A stretch of 63,938 nt of DNA, counting the filler, from Octopus bimaculoides (taxonomy: Eukaryota), in assembly GCF_001194135.2 (NCBI RefSeq). It is 6 parts of 6 records of this genome, joined end to end, with 100 filler letters (N's around TTAATTAATTAA, not from the genome) between each part and the next. Parts side by side here need not be neighbours in the genome. Positions count along the whole stretch, not along the records: positions 46,855 to 54,610 come from NC_068991.1; positions 54,711 to 61,525 come from NC_068985.1; positions 61,626 to 63,938 come from NC_068990.1; 3 more parts are not named here. One strand, 5' to 3'. The position numbers were made by a program, and so were the translations under genes. Positions 50,677-62,366 of the stretch are shown here, one piece after another (the stretch's first letter is position 1; each line of letters begins with the position of its first letter). The notes under the pieces were generated by a model that had not been told where the DNA came from, searched no databases, and worked only from the letters and a program-made list of their open reading frames with translations.

Positions 50677-50809
50677 CTGTTTTTCCCAAGCTACTGGTAC
50701 CAAGGCATAGATCTCCTTACTAGAAGACACAAAAATTCGTCCATCAAAATCTCCCAGCAGACATCCACCTTGGAATGGTATGGCTTGTTTCTGCTGTTGG
50801 TCAAGAATA
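50677..50809 (-). CDS. TGFBRAP1: TGFBRAP1 (VPS3, CORVET subunit) exon at the end of the CNH domain: ILDQQQKQAIPFQGGCLLGDFDGRIFVSSSKEIYALVPVAWEKQ
   Basis: Acceptor tatttgttgcag| and donor |gtaagt; 133 nt, phase 2 to phase 0. Closely matches the human TGFBRAP1 segment as recalled (MLDQQQKQTLPFKEGHILQDFEGRVIVATSKGVYILVPLPLEKQ). Confidence 0.93.
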
Positions 50810-51199
50810 CTGCAACAAATAGTTAGCAGAACGAACATTAGAATTTGAATGATTGATCAATCAATCAATCAATCAATCAATCCAGCAATCAATGAATCAA
50901 TCATTTATTCATTCATTCATTCATGGAATGTCAAATGAGGCCACCATAAAGGAACATCTGCACATCACTGGATTATAGTGATAAATGCTTGCACAACACA
51001 GATACCACTTTATGTAATCAATGAGGTGATAATGGTTTGATCAAGGATGCTTCCAAGTAGTTTTGTAGTGGTTGGGGAGTTGGAAAATAGTATTAGTAAT
51101 CAAAAGTCCATACCCACTGCAAAGCAATAGCAGCAGATGGCTGTTTGAATTTGCCTTGCCTACCCCCATGCTTTCCTATTACATCACCCCATATGGATG

Positions 51200-51700
51200 T
51201 GTCACAGCCTACATGTGCATTGAAAGGAGAAATTTATCATGGATGGAAATACTTCTCAAGTGGTTATGTAGCTCAGAATAGAATTGCTCTTTGACTATTT
51301 CATTTGAGTTCACAGTTGGAGCATAGCAGCTGAAAATAGTTGCATATTTATTTTTGCCAATGCAGATATGCAATGCCATGAAACTTTCACTAATGCCAAC
51401 TGGCAGAGATTCAAGTTGTTTCACCAGGTCATTCCAAATAGCAAACTCAACACCTGCCTCTTTCTTTACTTCCTAAGGATTACCCATCCAGTAAAATGTG
51501 TATCCACCATCAACTTCCTGTAGCTGACCACAATCTTAGCAGACTGTGATAAGCTAGGAGAAGGAAATCTGGTTTCTGAAAGAGCTGCTATTCTGATGTT
51601 TTTTTCCTTCAAGACATGGGCAACCAAAGTAGTCCTAGATTCTATATTTTTCTTGCTATCCTGAAGAATTCTCACAGTCCAAGATGCAATAAAGAGATTT
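51200..51700 (-). mobile_element. RTE-clade LINE AP-endonuclease remnant
   Basis: RTTLVAHVLKEKNIRIAALSETRF and TIFSCYAPTVNSNEIVKEQFYSEL...DK; frameshifted. Confidence 0.8.
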
Positions 51701-52689
51701 TTGTTTTCAATCTGCTAAATTCCCTGGTGCAGATTTGGGTGCTCAGTCATTTGCACCTAATAAGAAGGAGCAATGCAAGTAAATAATTTTTGGGTTGCAT
51801 TTTCTTGACACCTCCTCCATAGGAGAAAAGCAGTGTCATCATAAACCGGGTTGTTTTGTTGTGCAAAACAGACACAAATTACACAATTAACCACAGATAT
51901 TGTGTAAAGTGGAAATCTATCTTTCACAACCTATGTGCAAAGTTCAAGCTAAGAACTTCCAGTGACATCCTTCACCTGTTACCATCACAATCCCTTTATC
52001 GTCATAAGACTTTTAGTGGAAGGAGGAGATACACTCTCACTATCAAAACATGACAGTGGTATCTGATGACAGCATTTTACTGAACTACCTGCACATGGTT
52101 TTGTTTATAGTGGTCACTGCTTGTGCAGCACAATACACACTCTCTCCATCAAAAAAGCATTTACCTTTACTGGTGCACAGTGTACCAAGTGTCAGATGCT
52201 AAATTGATCACAGATTTGAGATCACAGTGGCCTTCTCCTAGTTTAGTTGCTCAAAAGCTACAGAGCCAAGACTGCCCTACGAGTAAGTAGATATTGATGG
52301 TGTACATCAACTAAAAGGACTGTCAGCAACTACAAACCTGGTTTTATATCAGAGCTTTCCTTTTCCTAGATGGATTGTCCTCACCATGGCTAAGGAGCCC
52401 CATCTGCCCCATACATATATATAAATGTAAAAAAAAATGAGATTTAAGAATATAAATAAGATATATAAAGCAATATATACATATGTACAAATGTACGCAT
52501 TCTGTTGGATGATGATTGAGTACTCATGAGTTCCTCCACTCTTTGATGTTTTTTTTTTTGTCCCACAGGGTGCCCAACAAACACCCTCCCCACCAAGCAA
52601 GCTCAGTGGGGTTGCCAGTTTAGTTGCTAACAGCCCGACCATGCAACAGGACCTGATAAATATATATATATATATCCTTACACATGTGT

Positions 52690-52855
52690 AAGGATTTTCG
52701 AGCGAGATCATTGCTAGTGCCCCTGGACTGGCTCTTGTGCGGGTGGCACATAAAATACACCATTTTGAGCGTGGCCATTGCCAGTACCACCTGACTGGCC
52801 TTCGTAGGATTTTCGAGCGAGATCGTTGCCAGTATCCCTGGACTGGCTCTTGTGC
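52690..52855 (+). mobile_element. Retroposon family D fragment with repeated units
   Basis: GGATTTTCGAGCGAGATC...GCC(T)AG...CCCTGGACTGGCTCTTGTGC occurs twice. Confidence 0.7.
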
Positions 52856-53311
52856 NNNNNNNNNNNNNNNNNNNNNNNNNNNNNNNNNNNNNNNNNNNNN
52901 NNNNNNNNNNNNNNNNNNNNNNNNNNNNNNNNNNNNNNNNNNNNNNNNNNNNNNNNNNNNNNNNNNNNNNNNNNNNNNNNNNNNNNNNNNNNNNNNNNNN
53001 NNNNNNNNNNNNNNNNNNNNNNNNNNNNNNNNNNNNNNNNNNNNNNNNNNNNNNNNNNNNNNNNNNNNNNNNNNNNNNNNNNNNNNNNNNNNNNNNNNNN
53101 NNNNNNNNNNNNNNNNNNNNNNNNNNNNNNNNNNNNNNNNNNNNNNNNNNNNNNNNNNNNNNNNNNNNNNNNNNNNNNNNNNNNNNNNNNNNNNNNNNNN
53201 NNNNNNNNNNNNNNNNNNNNNNNNNNNNNNNNNNNNNNNNNNNNNNNNNNNNNNNNNNNNNNNNNNNNNNNNNNNNNNNNNNNNNNNNNNNNNNNNNNNN
53301 NNNNNNNNNNN

Positions 53312-53361
<50 letters not shown>

Positions 53362-53372
53362 CATGCATATGT

Positions 53373-53408
<36 letters not shown>

Positions 53409-53564
53409 ATGGATGGATGTATACACACACACATGCATATATGAAATAAAGTTTGCGTATTTAAAAACCATGCGAGAGTTAGTGACAAAGCAGAAAGATA
53501 TCTGGCAATAAATCTGTGCCTCGATAACATATTTAATCAATGCAAACATGGAAAAGCATGTATG

Positions 53565-53614
<50 letters not shown>

Positions 53615-53624
53615 NNNNNNNNNN

Positions 53625-54038
53625 TGTTCGTATGGCAGGCGCTAGCATAACGGAAACAGTCAAAATGTTTGGTGTATCAAGAAGCACTGTCTCAAAAGTA
53701 ATAACAAACCTCCTCATCAAAACAAAACTCCGGAAGAAAACCAAAACTTTCAGATAGGGACCGTTGGACTCTTACAGGAATTGTTAAAAAGGACCACAAA
53801 AGTACAGCTCCCAAAATTACTGCAGAGCCTAACGATTACCTCGAGAACCCAATTTCCACAAAAACTGTTCGCCGGTAACTGCACAAAGCCAGATTTCATG
53901 GGAGGGCTGCAATCAGAAAACCACTACTTTCAAAACTTTGTACGGGTCCATACCTCATAGAATTCAAGCTGTAATTACTGCCAAAGGCGGTCTTAACCCA
54001 TATTAAAGGTATTTCCATTATTTTGTCCAACCCCTGTA
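53625..54038 (+). mobile_element. Tc1-like deletion derivative
   Basis: HTH-like RMAGASITETVKMFGVSRSTVSKV, then RDRWTLTGIVKKDHKSTAPKITAE...STKTVRR*LHKARFHGRAAIRKPLL; ends ...CAACCCCTG|TA. Confidence 0.75.
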
Positions 54039-54274
54039 TATGTATAAATGAGAAAGAGTTCTTGGAAGTGTACAGTAAAGTATATTAATGAACATTTTCT
54101 TTGTTCATATATATTATATAGTTACACACAGATATGAAATGTCTGGAATTTCCTAAGGAAACAGTACAACAATGCTTTTCTTATTTTCCTGTTTAATTGT
54201 TTGAGACTGGTGACTCAGTCTCTGTCTCTAGCTTCAGAATGCTTTTAGTCAACTATAAAACTAAAAATAATTAA

Positions 54275-54575
54275 CGTGCAAGTGGCTGAGCACTCCACAG
54301 ACACGTGTACCCTTAACGTAGTTCTCAGGGATATTCAGCGTGACACAGTGTGACAAGGCTTACTCTTTGAAATACAGGCACAACAGAAACAGGAAGAATG
54401 AGAGAAAGTTGTAGTGAAAGAGTACAGCAGGGTTCGCCACCATCCCCTGCCGGAACCTCGTGGAGCTTTAGGTGTTTTCGCTCAATAAACACTCACAACG
54501 CCCGGTCTTGGAATCGAAACCGCGATCCTATGACCGCGAGTCCACTGCCCTAACCACTGGGCCATTGCGCCTCCT
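54275..54575 (-). mobile_element. tRNA-derived SINE family B (young copy with an intact tRNA-like head)
   Basis: - strand head GGCGCAATGGCCCAGTGGTTAGGGC...GGTTTCGATTCC; 3' body ...TAAGGGTACACGTGTCTGTGGAGTGCTCAGCCACTT shared with other B copies. Confidence 0.85.
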
Positions 54576-54610
<35 letters not shown>

Positions 54611-55159
54611 NNNNNNNNNNNNNNNNNNNNNNNNNNNNNNNNNNNNNNNNNNNNTTAATTAATTAANNNNNNNNNNNNNNNNNNNNNNNNNNNNNNNNNN
54701 NNNNNNNNNNGAAGGGACAAACCATAAAAGTCCATTCTGATGGGATTTGAACGAAGGGGAAAACATATATTGCATGGATCTAAGTATTTAAAGGGTGGAA
54801 CATGAAATTTCCTGTAAGTCAGACTGCCTCATGGCCCCAGCAGACAAAATGGAAAAGGTGGTTGCCCCAGAGGATGGTGAGTGAGGTGCACTGGAACAGC
54901 CATCTTGAGTCATGGAGATCACACTTGTGGACAGCAATCGCTACTCCGATAGTGATGAGCAAAGATATGGTGTAGGGGCCAAGGATGACAGAAGTCTTTG
55001 CTGCCACAGGCTCAACCAAATATGGTATTAATTACTGCAGTAAAACTACATAGAGGAGTCACTCTGCCAATACAGAGAGCTATGTAGTCATCCAAAAAAT
55101 TATTGGAGAAATTTATGAATCTAATCCATTGCAAACTACATATTGTTTTACATGATTTT

Positions 55160-55335
55160 GTTTCTGATTATCCTGGAAGAAAACCTGCAAATTTTTGCAA
55201 ATAAAAGTGACTAGATAGTTGATGGAACCTTTAAAATTTCATCTCACCATTCATTTCATTGACAAGAATTCATCCTGGGAAGAAAGGCATGCTCCAATCA
55301 ATGGTATATATCCTTCTCCAACAACAAAAAGCAAA
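55160..55335 (+). mobile_element. MULE transposase remnant
   Basis: IVDGTFKIS followed, after a frameshift, by MVYILL..K, matching the MULE DGTFK...P.VY.LL..K signature. Confidence 0.55.
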
Positions 55336-55374
55336 CATCCAAGTGTGGGGTGTAACCAGCCCACTTATGAGTAC

Positions 55375-55687
55375 CCCTCATTCACTGGACAATAAACTTT
55401 GCTTGCAAAGACCTATTGAGGCAAGTGAAATCAAATCAAAATTGCTGATGTGGCTGATGACAGTACCACCTGATTGGCACTCGTACCAGTGGAACGTTAA
55501 AAGCACATCCAAGCATGATCATTGCCAGGGCCTTGGATTGGCTTCCATGCCGGTGGCACGTAAAAAGCACCGTTTGAGCCTGATCGTTGCCAGTGTCGCC
55601 TTACCGGCACATGTGCTGGTTGCACGTCAAAAACAACATTTGAGAGTGGTCGTTGCCAGTGCCGCTGGACTGGCTCCTGTGCAGGTA
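55375..55687 (+). mobile_element. Retroposon family D (5' part; runs into a gap)
   Basis: Near-colinear with 1820-2130. Confidence 0.8.
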
Positions 55688-56439
55688 NNNNNNNNNNNNN
55701 NNNNNNNNNNNNNNNNNNNNNNNNNNNNNNNNNNNNNNNNNNNNNNNNNNNNNNNNNNNNNNNNNNNNNNNNNNNNNNNNNNNNNNNNNNNNNNNNNNNN
55801 NNNNNNNNNNNNNNNNNNNNNNNNNNNNNNNNNNNNNNNNNNNNNNNNNNNNNNNNNNNNNNNNNNNNNNNNNNNNNNNNNNNNNNNNNNNNNNNNNNNN
55901 NNNNNNNNNNNNNNNNNNNNNNNNNNNNNNNNNNNNNNNNNNNNNNNNNNNNNNNNNNNNNNNNNNNNNNNNNNNNNNNNNNNNNNNNNNNNNNNNNNNN
56001 NNNNNNNNNNNNNNNNNNNNNNNNNNNNNNNNNNNNNNNNNNNNNNNNNNNNNNNNNNNNNNNNNNNNNNNNNNNNNNNNNNNNNNNNNNNNNNNNNNNN
56101 NNNNNNNNNNNNNNNNNNNNNNNNNNNNNNNNNNNNNNNNNNNNNNNNNNNNNNNNNNNNNNNNNNNNNNNNNNNNNNNNNNNNNNNNNNNNNNNNNNNN
56201 NNNNNNNNNNNNNNNNNNNNNNNNNNNNNNNNNNNNNNNNNNNNNNNNNNNNNNNNNNNNNNNNNNNNNNNNNNNNNNNNNNNNNNNNNNNNNNNNNNNN
56301 NNNNNNNNNNNNNNNNNNNNNNNNNNNNNNNNNNNNNNNNNNNNNNNNNNNNNNNNNNNNNNNNNNNNNNNNNNNNNNNNNNNNNNNNNNNNNNNNNNNN
56401 NNNNNNNNNNCAAGGTGGAGAACCAGCTTGCATACATAC

Positions 56440-56622
56440 CTTCTGTGATATGAGGTGTTTTCTTCCGTTCACAGATAAAACCTGTGACTGAGTTACAGTT
56501 AGTTACCTTCCAGAAGAAGTAAGTAGTCATATACAGTTTTCCATTATACTCAAACATATTGGATAAACTAATACATCTCCCTCTTTTGCTTGGCTCTGCA
56601 AACTCCTTATTAGGCATCCATC
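56440..56622 (-). CDS. C-type lectin domain exon 3: GWMPNKEFAEPSKRGRCISLSNMFEYNGKLYMTTYFFWKVTNCNSVTGFICERKKTPHITE
   Basis: Acceptor ttctttacag| and donor |gtatgt; 183 nt, phase 1 to 1. Carries EP(S), C, W, C and FICE, the C-terminal CTLD signature. The open donor means at least one more exon follows. Confidence 0.87.
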
Positions 56623-56830
56623 CTGTAAAGAAATGGTAGTACAAGCTTGTTCAATTCTAGGTTTAATGTTGATTTGTCACACTGAGCAGTCTGCACCATA
56701 CCGTTTCATATCACACTCGACATAATTGTAAAGTATTTCTCACTTCACATGTAAACATTTATAGCATAGTTTCATGGAAGCACCAAAATGTCCATCAAAG
56801 CATTATTCATAAATATCATAAAAGACTTAA

Positions 56831-57051
56831 CCCTTTAACATTTCAACCAGCTGTATCTGACCCAAATATTCTCCTTGTTTTATGTTCAAACTGATCAGAT
56901 TTCAGTTTCTCACACTGACCCTACAGTGTTATTCTACAAATAAACAGTCATATCATTGAAATCTTGAAGCTACAAGATAATGAATGACTAATTCAAAGCA
57001 ATGTGAATAAATAAACATTACATTTGACAGAATAATCTGAATGCTAAAGGG
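56831..57051. mobile_element. piggyBac-type MITE
   Basis: TTAA on both sides (56827-56830, 57052-57055); termini CCCTTTAACATT... and ...AATGCTAAAGGG. Confidence 0.75.
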
Positions 57052-57736
57052 TTAAACCATATCACATTCTGTAATATTCCCGTCTTGCTCACTCAATAAN
57101 NNNNNNNNNNNNNNNNNNNNNNNNNNNNNNNNNNNNNNNNNNNNNNNNNNNNNNNNNNNNNNNNNNNNNNNNNNNNNNNNNNNNNNNNNNNNNNNNNNNN
57201 NNNNNNNNNNNNNNNNNNNNNNNNNNNNNNNNNNNNNNNNNNNNNNNNNNNNNNNNNNNNNNNNNNNNNNNNNNNNNNNNNNNNNNNNNNNNNNNNNNNN
57301 NNNNNNNNNNNNNNNNNNNNNNNNNNNNNNNNNNNNNNNNNNNNNNNNNNNNNNNNNNNNNNNNNNNNNNNNNNNNNNNNNNNNNNNNNNNNNNNNNNNN
57401 NNNNNNNNNNNNNNNNNNNNNNNNNNNNNNNNNNNNNNNNNNNNNNNNNNNNNNNNNNNNNNNNNNNNNNNNNNNNNNNNNNNNNNNNNNNNNNNNNNNN
57501 NNNNNNNNNNNNNNNNNNNNNNNNNNNNNNNNNNNNNNNNNNNNNNNNNNNNNNNNNNNNNNNNNNNNNNNNNNNNNNNNNNNNNNNNNNNNNNNNNNNN
57601 NNNNNNNNNNNNNNNNNNNNNNNNNNNNNNNNNNNNNNNNNNNNNNNNNNNNNNNNNNNNNNNNNNNNNNNNNNNNNNNNNNNNNNNNNNNNNNNNNNNN
57701 NNNNNNNNNNNNNNNNNNNNNNNNNNNNNNNNNNNN

Positions 57737-57875
57737 GGTATTCACTTTATTGATCCGGAAAAGATGAAAGGCAAAGTCAACCATATGGCAGAATTTGAAC
57801 TCAGAACATCAAGTTGGATGAAATGCTGCTTAAGCATTTTGCCCAGCATGCTAAGAATACTGCCAGCTTGCTGCC
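57737..57875 (-). mobile_element. SINE family A (partial)
   Basis: GATGAAAGGCAAAGTCAAC...GAATTTGAACTCAGAAC...CTGCCAGCT. Confidence 0.8.
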
Positions 57876-57959
57876 CTGGCCAGATTAATAATGAATACCA
57901 TATGGTGTAAATTTTGATAAACAATTCAATGATGTCTGGAATAATCATAAGAGCTCAAA

Positions 57960-58716
57960 GTGAGACATTCCATTTGATACAGGTTTATTCCAATGAATGA
58001 CAATAATAAAATGGATAATGTGACTGATGAGATGGGATTTCATATCTCATTTGAGTTGAGTCATTGTGCTGTGCTCTCAGAAATTAGTATATTTCCAGAC
58101 TTGATGATTAAAAAACTTAAAGCAGGGATCGATGGACCACAGATCCGTAAGCTCTTGAAGGACATAAATTTCGTGAAAATGATAAGTGAAAATGAAGCAT
58201 CAGCTTGGCTAGCTTTTGGAGAAGGAGTGCAAAATTTCCTTGGGAAACACAAAGTGAAAACTATAAAGATCTTGTTACCAAATTAATATCAACTTTTCGT
58301 GATATTGACACAAATATGAGCATCAAAATGCATTATCTGTTTAGTCATCTTGATTGTTTGCTTGAAAATCATGGAGATGTTAGTGATGAACAAGGTGAAC
58401 GATTTCATTAGGATATCAAGGAGATGGAAACTTATGCAAATTTATTCCTTGAATTTTTTGCCAAAAATCTTTGCCAATATGCATTTTCGAATTTGAATTT
58501 TTATTTGTACTTTGTTTTATTTTGTGCTATGCTCTCTTTATTGATTAATATTATATACCCCTTGTATGAATAAAATACTTACACTATCAGGTCTATTCAG
58601 AAAACTAGACCTGATAGAGAAAAACTGAAGTTATTTTTGAATTTAGCAGGTAAAATCACTTAAGAATTTGTTGAAATATTCCAGGCAACAGACAAAAAAA
58701 TTTTGTTGCCCAGTGT
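57960..58716 (+). mobile_element. Decayed DNA-transposon transposase (DGPQIRKL / SDEQGERFH family); superfamily uncertain
   Basis: Frameshifted remnants DGPQIRKLLKD...AW..F...VQNFLGKHK, NYKDLV, NMSIKMHYLFSHLD, GDVSDEQGERFH*DI; ends ...CCCAGTG|TA. Confidence 0.7.
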
Positions 58717-58879
58717 AGTTCATGAAAATAATTGAAAATGTGGTTATTTAAAAATCATTATCAAAGCAGTTGGTCATGGTTTCACCTTCATTACTACTAA
58801 ATTTAGAAACATTTATTCTAGTCTATTCCAATTTGAAAAGTTAAAAGATGCTGTTATGCTTTAAAATTACTATACTTAC

Positions 58880-58975
58880 CAGGAAACCAATAGAAAGTAG
58901 ATATGACTTTAACGTGAGATCTCCATGTCCATCTCTTTCTAAACATGAGACCATCTGTCAACCAGACATGGTTAT
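58880..58975 (-). CDS. C-type lectin domain exon 2: DNHVWLTDGLMFRKRWTWRSHVKVISTFYWFP
   Basis: Acceptor ttttatgtag| and donor |gtaagt; 96 nt, phase 1 to 1. VWL is a variant of the WIGL strand, with W-x-W and a terminal W typical of the middle CTLD exon. In frame with both neighbours. Absent from the ORF track. Confidence 0.82.
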
Positions 58976-59304
58976 CTACATAAAATGGGTAAAAAGAAAT
59001 AAAAATCTGTGGGACATGATCACAACAATACTAAAGGTTAAACTATACATACCTTGTTATCTCATTAGTACAATACATATCTATATCTCTATTTATACAT
59101 AAATATGCCAATCTCTCCACCCTGGAAACAGAGGCTGGCTTTACGGCAATGTTTATATGCATTCACTACTGGCTACATATCCTTGACTTTTTACACACTC
59201 CGTCTGCCAACATTACAACTATCACATAATTCCAAGCCCCCAGAAATAGATGTCAGACCCAAAATACCATGCTCTCTCCCTTTGGGAGGCAAACACAAAC
59301 ACAA

Positions 59305-59485
59305 AGACACACACACACACATCTGCAACAGGCTTCTTTCAGTTTTTGTCTCCAAATTCACTCACAAGACATTGGTCAACCCAAAGCTATAGTAGGACAC
59401 ATTTGCTCAAGGTGCCATGCAGCGGGACTGAACCTGGAACTATGTGATTTGGAAGGAAGCTTCTAATCACACAGCCATGCCTGTG
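59305..59485 (-). mobile_element. SINE family C
   Basis: CTATAGTAGGACACATTTGCTCAAGGTGCCATGCAGCGGGACTGAACC match. Confidence 0.78.
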
Positions 59486-60559
59486 TCTACCACATAGCTA
59501 CATGTATCAAACCCAAGCATGTTTATTTGTTTATTTGCATAATTAGTTCTCTCTCTCCCTCTCTCTCTCTCTATATATATATGGTGATGATGAATCTTGT
59601 GTCAGTTTCAACGATGAGTTTACCAATTGGTCAATCAACTGAACTACCCACTCAATGTATTACAGTGTAAGTGGCTGAATATTCCCCAGACTTTTGCTTC
59701 TTTAACATAATCCAAGGACAGAATCAGCACCACCCTTTGCATTACAGGTATATCCACTCAACAGACTTCTACACAGTTACCCTCTGCCCAACTCATAACG
59801 CTTGGATGAATCTGATTCACTAGCAAAGAAAGGACGATATTTGCCAATGGAAGCAAATCTGGAACCTCATAAACAATTGTATTCAACACTACAGACTTAA
59901 TGAAAAGCAAGTTGTTTATTCAGTGTTCACACTTCTTCCAACAGCAGTGATCTATTTTTATGAAAGTTAGTTAATTGTGGCTAGGGGATTTAAGAGACCA
60001 AAACTGAAATGTCTTGAGTTAGTGAAGTGTTAATGACAGAATAATAATCATGAAGTATTTGGCTGAAAGATTACACTATATTAGTTATAATTTTTATACA
60101 TCACTGCACAGGTGATGAATAACTACTTCTTACATGGGAAGAAAATCTTTGGCAAAGAGTTCATGCATCTTTAATGACCATATTTGATGGCATATAAGAC
60201 ATACATTTTTCAATAAATAAATAAATGAATAAATAAATAAATCCCGCCCCCAGGTCCTACATGCAAAGTTGGGCCTCTTTTAAACCTCAATGCACTAAAA
60301 ACATTTTCTCCTGTATGTACTGCTGAAATTAGGGTACGTCTAATATACCCTGTATCTTTTATGCCATTAAATACAAGAGTTGTATTCTGTAAATAGTTAT
60401 ATTTTATTTTTATGTCCTAGATTTGAAGATAATGTTCACCTGATAGAATTGATATTCAGCTTGAATTGTTACTAATTAAAATTCAAAATGAAGACACTTT
60501 GGAAGGAAATTCTGGTGTGAGTAGGTGATTAGACACAAAATTTTTTTTAAAGGAAACAT

Positions 60560-60862
60560 CATTATCATCATCATCGTTTAACGTCCGCTTTCCATGCTAG
60601 CATGGGTTGGACGATTTGACTGAGGACTGGTGAGCCAGATGGCTACACCAGACTTCAATCTTATTTGGCAGAGTTTCTACGGCTGGATGCCCTTCCTAAT
60701 GCCAACCGCTCTGAGAGTGTAGTGGGTGCTTTTACATGCCACTGGCACAAAGGCCAGTCAGGTTGTACTGGCAACGGCCATGCTCAAAATGGTGTATTTT
60801 ACATGCCACCTGCACAGGAGCCAGTCCAGTGGCACTAGCAACGACCTCGTTCGAATCTTTTT
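60560..60862 (-). mobile_element. Retroposon family D (5'-truncated)
   Basis: (CAT)n-CGTTTAACGTCCGCTTTCCATGCTAGCATGGGTTGG... reverse-complement match. Confidence 0.85.
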
Positions 60863-61076
60863 AATAAAGTACATAACATTTAAAAGAAAATTAATTGGAC
60901 ACATTTCACATATGTAGCAGATGTATAAGAATTACTCCAGTAAAAGACTTATTTATATTTTCCATAAGATCAGCAACTGTTAAAAGTTGCTTATGAAAAA
61001 ATTATTGCAATGATTCATAATCAAGGACAACATTTAAAGCAATTATTAAATGAAGTTTATAAAATTATGTTCTTAC

Positions 61077-61247
61077 CATTATTGGTCTGAAGTAAAACTG
61101 AAAGAAACTTATTTTCTTCTAAACTGTCAATAATTACTAAATGACTATCATGAGTGTAACACATTTCTTTGGCATTGAGTCTTCGAGCATTGCCAATAAA
61201 CAAACGATAGCAACCACTTGGACCAGAAATCCAACCAGGTTTGCAGC
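61077..61247 (-). CDS. C-type lectin domain exon 1: GCKPGWISGPSGCYRLFIGNARRLNAKEMCYTHDSHLVIIDSLEENKFLSVLLQTNN
   Basis: Acceptor ttttgacag| and donor |gtaaga; 171 nt, phase 1 to 1. Has the long-form CTLD start (C-x-x-G-W...CY), the A-x-x-x-C helix and the HLVII-x-S-x-EEN motif. Confidence 0.88.
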
Positions 61248-62320
61248 CTGTCAAAATACAATACATAAAAAAAAAGCTTATATATGGAAAAGTTTATTTT
61301 ATGAAAATCCATAAATTTCAAAGATACATTCACATACCCTGTGAGGTAAATACCGTGATAAAAATGGATATTAGTTCCTAGGGTTATGTAAAGGTTTGAA
61401 AGGTTGAGGTTAGTAAGGTGGGGTGAGATGCTATAAGCCACTCACCTCTGTGAACTGTAAAGTAGAGGACTGTCCCCCCACTGCATAATCCACCATTTCC
61501 ATCATTTGTGCATACATATGTATATNNNNNNNNNNNNNNNNNNNNNNNNNNNNNNNNNNNNNNNNNNNNTTAATTAATTAANNNNNNNNNNNNNNNNNNN
61601 NNNNNNNNNNNNNNNNNNNNNNNNNTGCCTGACAAGCATCATTTTCGCTGTGTGTGTGTGTGTGTGTGTGTGTGGGTGTGTGTGTGTGCGTGTGTGTTTT
61701 TTGTGTATGTGTGCTTGCGTACGTGCTTGTACGTGTTTGTGTGTGAGTGTGTGTGTATTTAGAAATGTTTCCTACAAAAATTGAAAATGGAAGAAAAAGA
61801 ATACAAAGCTATCAACCTTTTGTTTATGTTTGTGGTGGTGGGGTGTGAGTGTGTGTGTAGGCAAACGTGTGTTTGAGTGTGGGTATTTGTGTGTGTGTGT
61901 GTGTGTGTGTGTGTAATCAATTTTAATGGGGGAAGTGAATTGTATTTAATTGCCTTATGTTCCTAAATGAACGTTACTTGGAGATGAACGACTTGAGCAT
62001 GCGAATGACAATGACTCTTGATAATGCATAGACTCTCCTTGTTCAGCATATCCATGTAGCATAGTATGCATATTTGTATGTGTAGATGGAAGAATAAATT
62101 AATGAAATGTTTTTGCGAAGAAACTCATTGATTTTTAACACGGATGTTGATGTAACAAATGTCAAGAAGTTTAATCTTGGGCGACATCCACGAGTCTTCT
62201 TCAATTTTCACACAATTTCGGCCTCAGAGATTTCTTGGATAACAACTCCGAATCTGCTCTTGCTTCTACATTGTAGCTTCACATTTCTTGTTATATTAAG
62301 GAAATTAACTGGGGAACGTA

Positions 62321-62366
62321 CCTCACAGAAAATACCCAGTACATTGATCAGCGTAACACAAACCAT
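62321..62366 (-). CDS. Possible signal-peptide first exon (MVCVTLINVLGIFCE) of the lectin gene; coordinates approximate
   Basis: ATG, a hydrophobic run and a GAG|gtacgt donor upstream of the CTLD exons. It ends in phase 0 while CTLD exon 1 starts in phase 1, and a linker gap lies between them, so it is unconfirmed. Confidence 0.25.

Noticed and set aside
54497-54575. tRNA-like sequence on the - strand (also near 63240 and 63800)
   Set aside because: It has A and B boxes but no complete acceptor stem and runs straight into a SINE body, so it is a SINE head rather than a tRNA gene.
60420-60520. + strand AG...GTGAGT-bounded segment
   Set aside because: Stops in all three frames; at most a non-coding exon.
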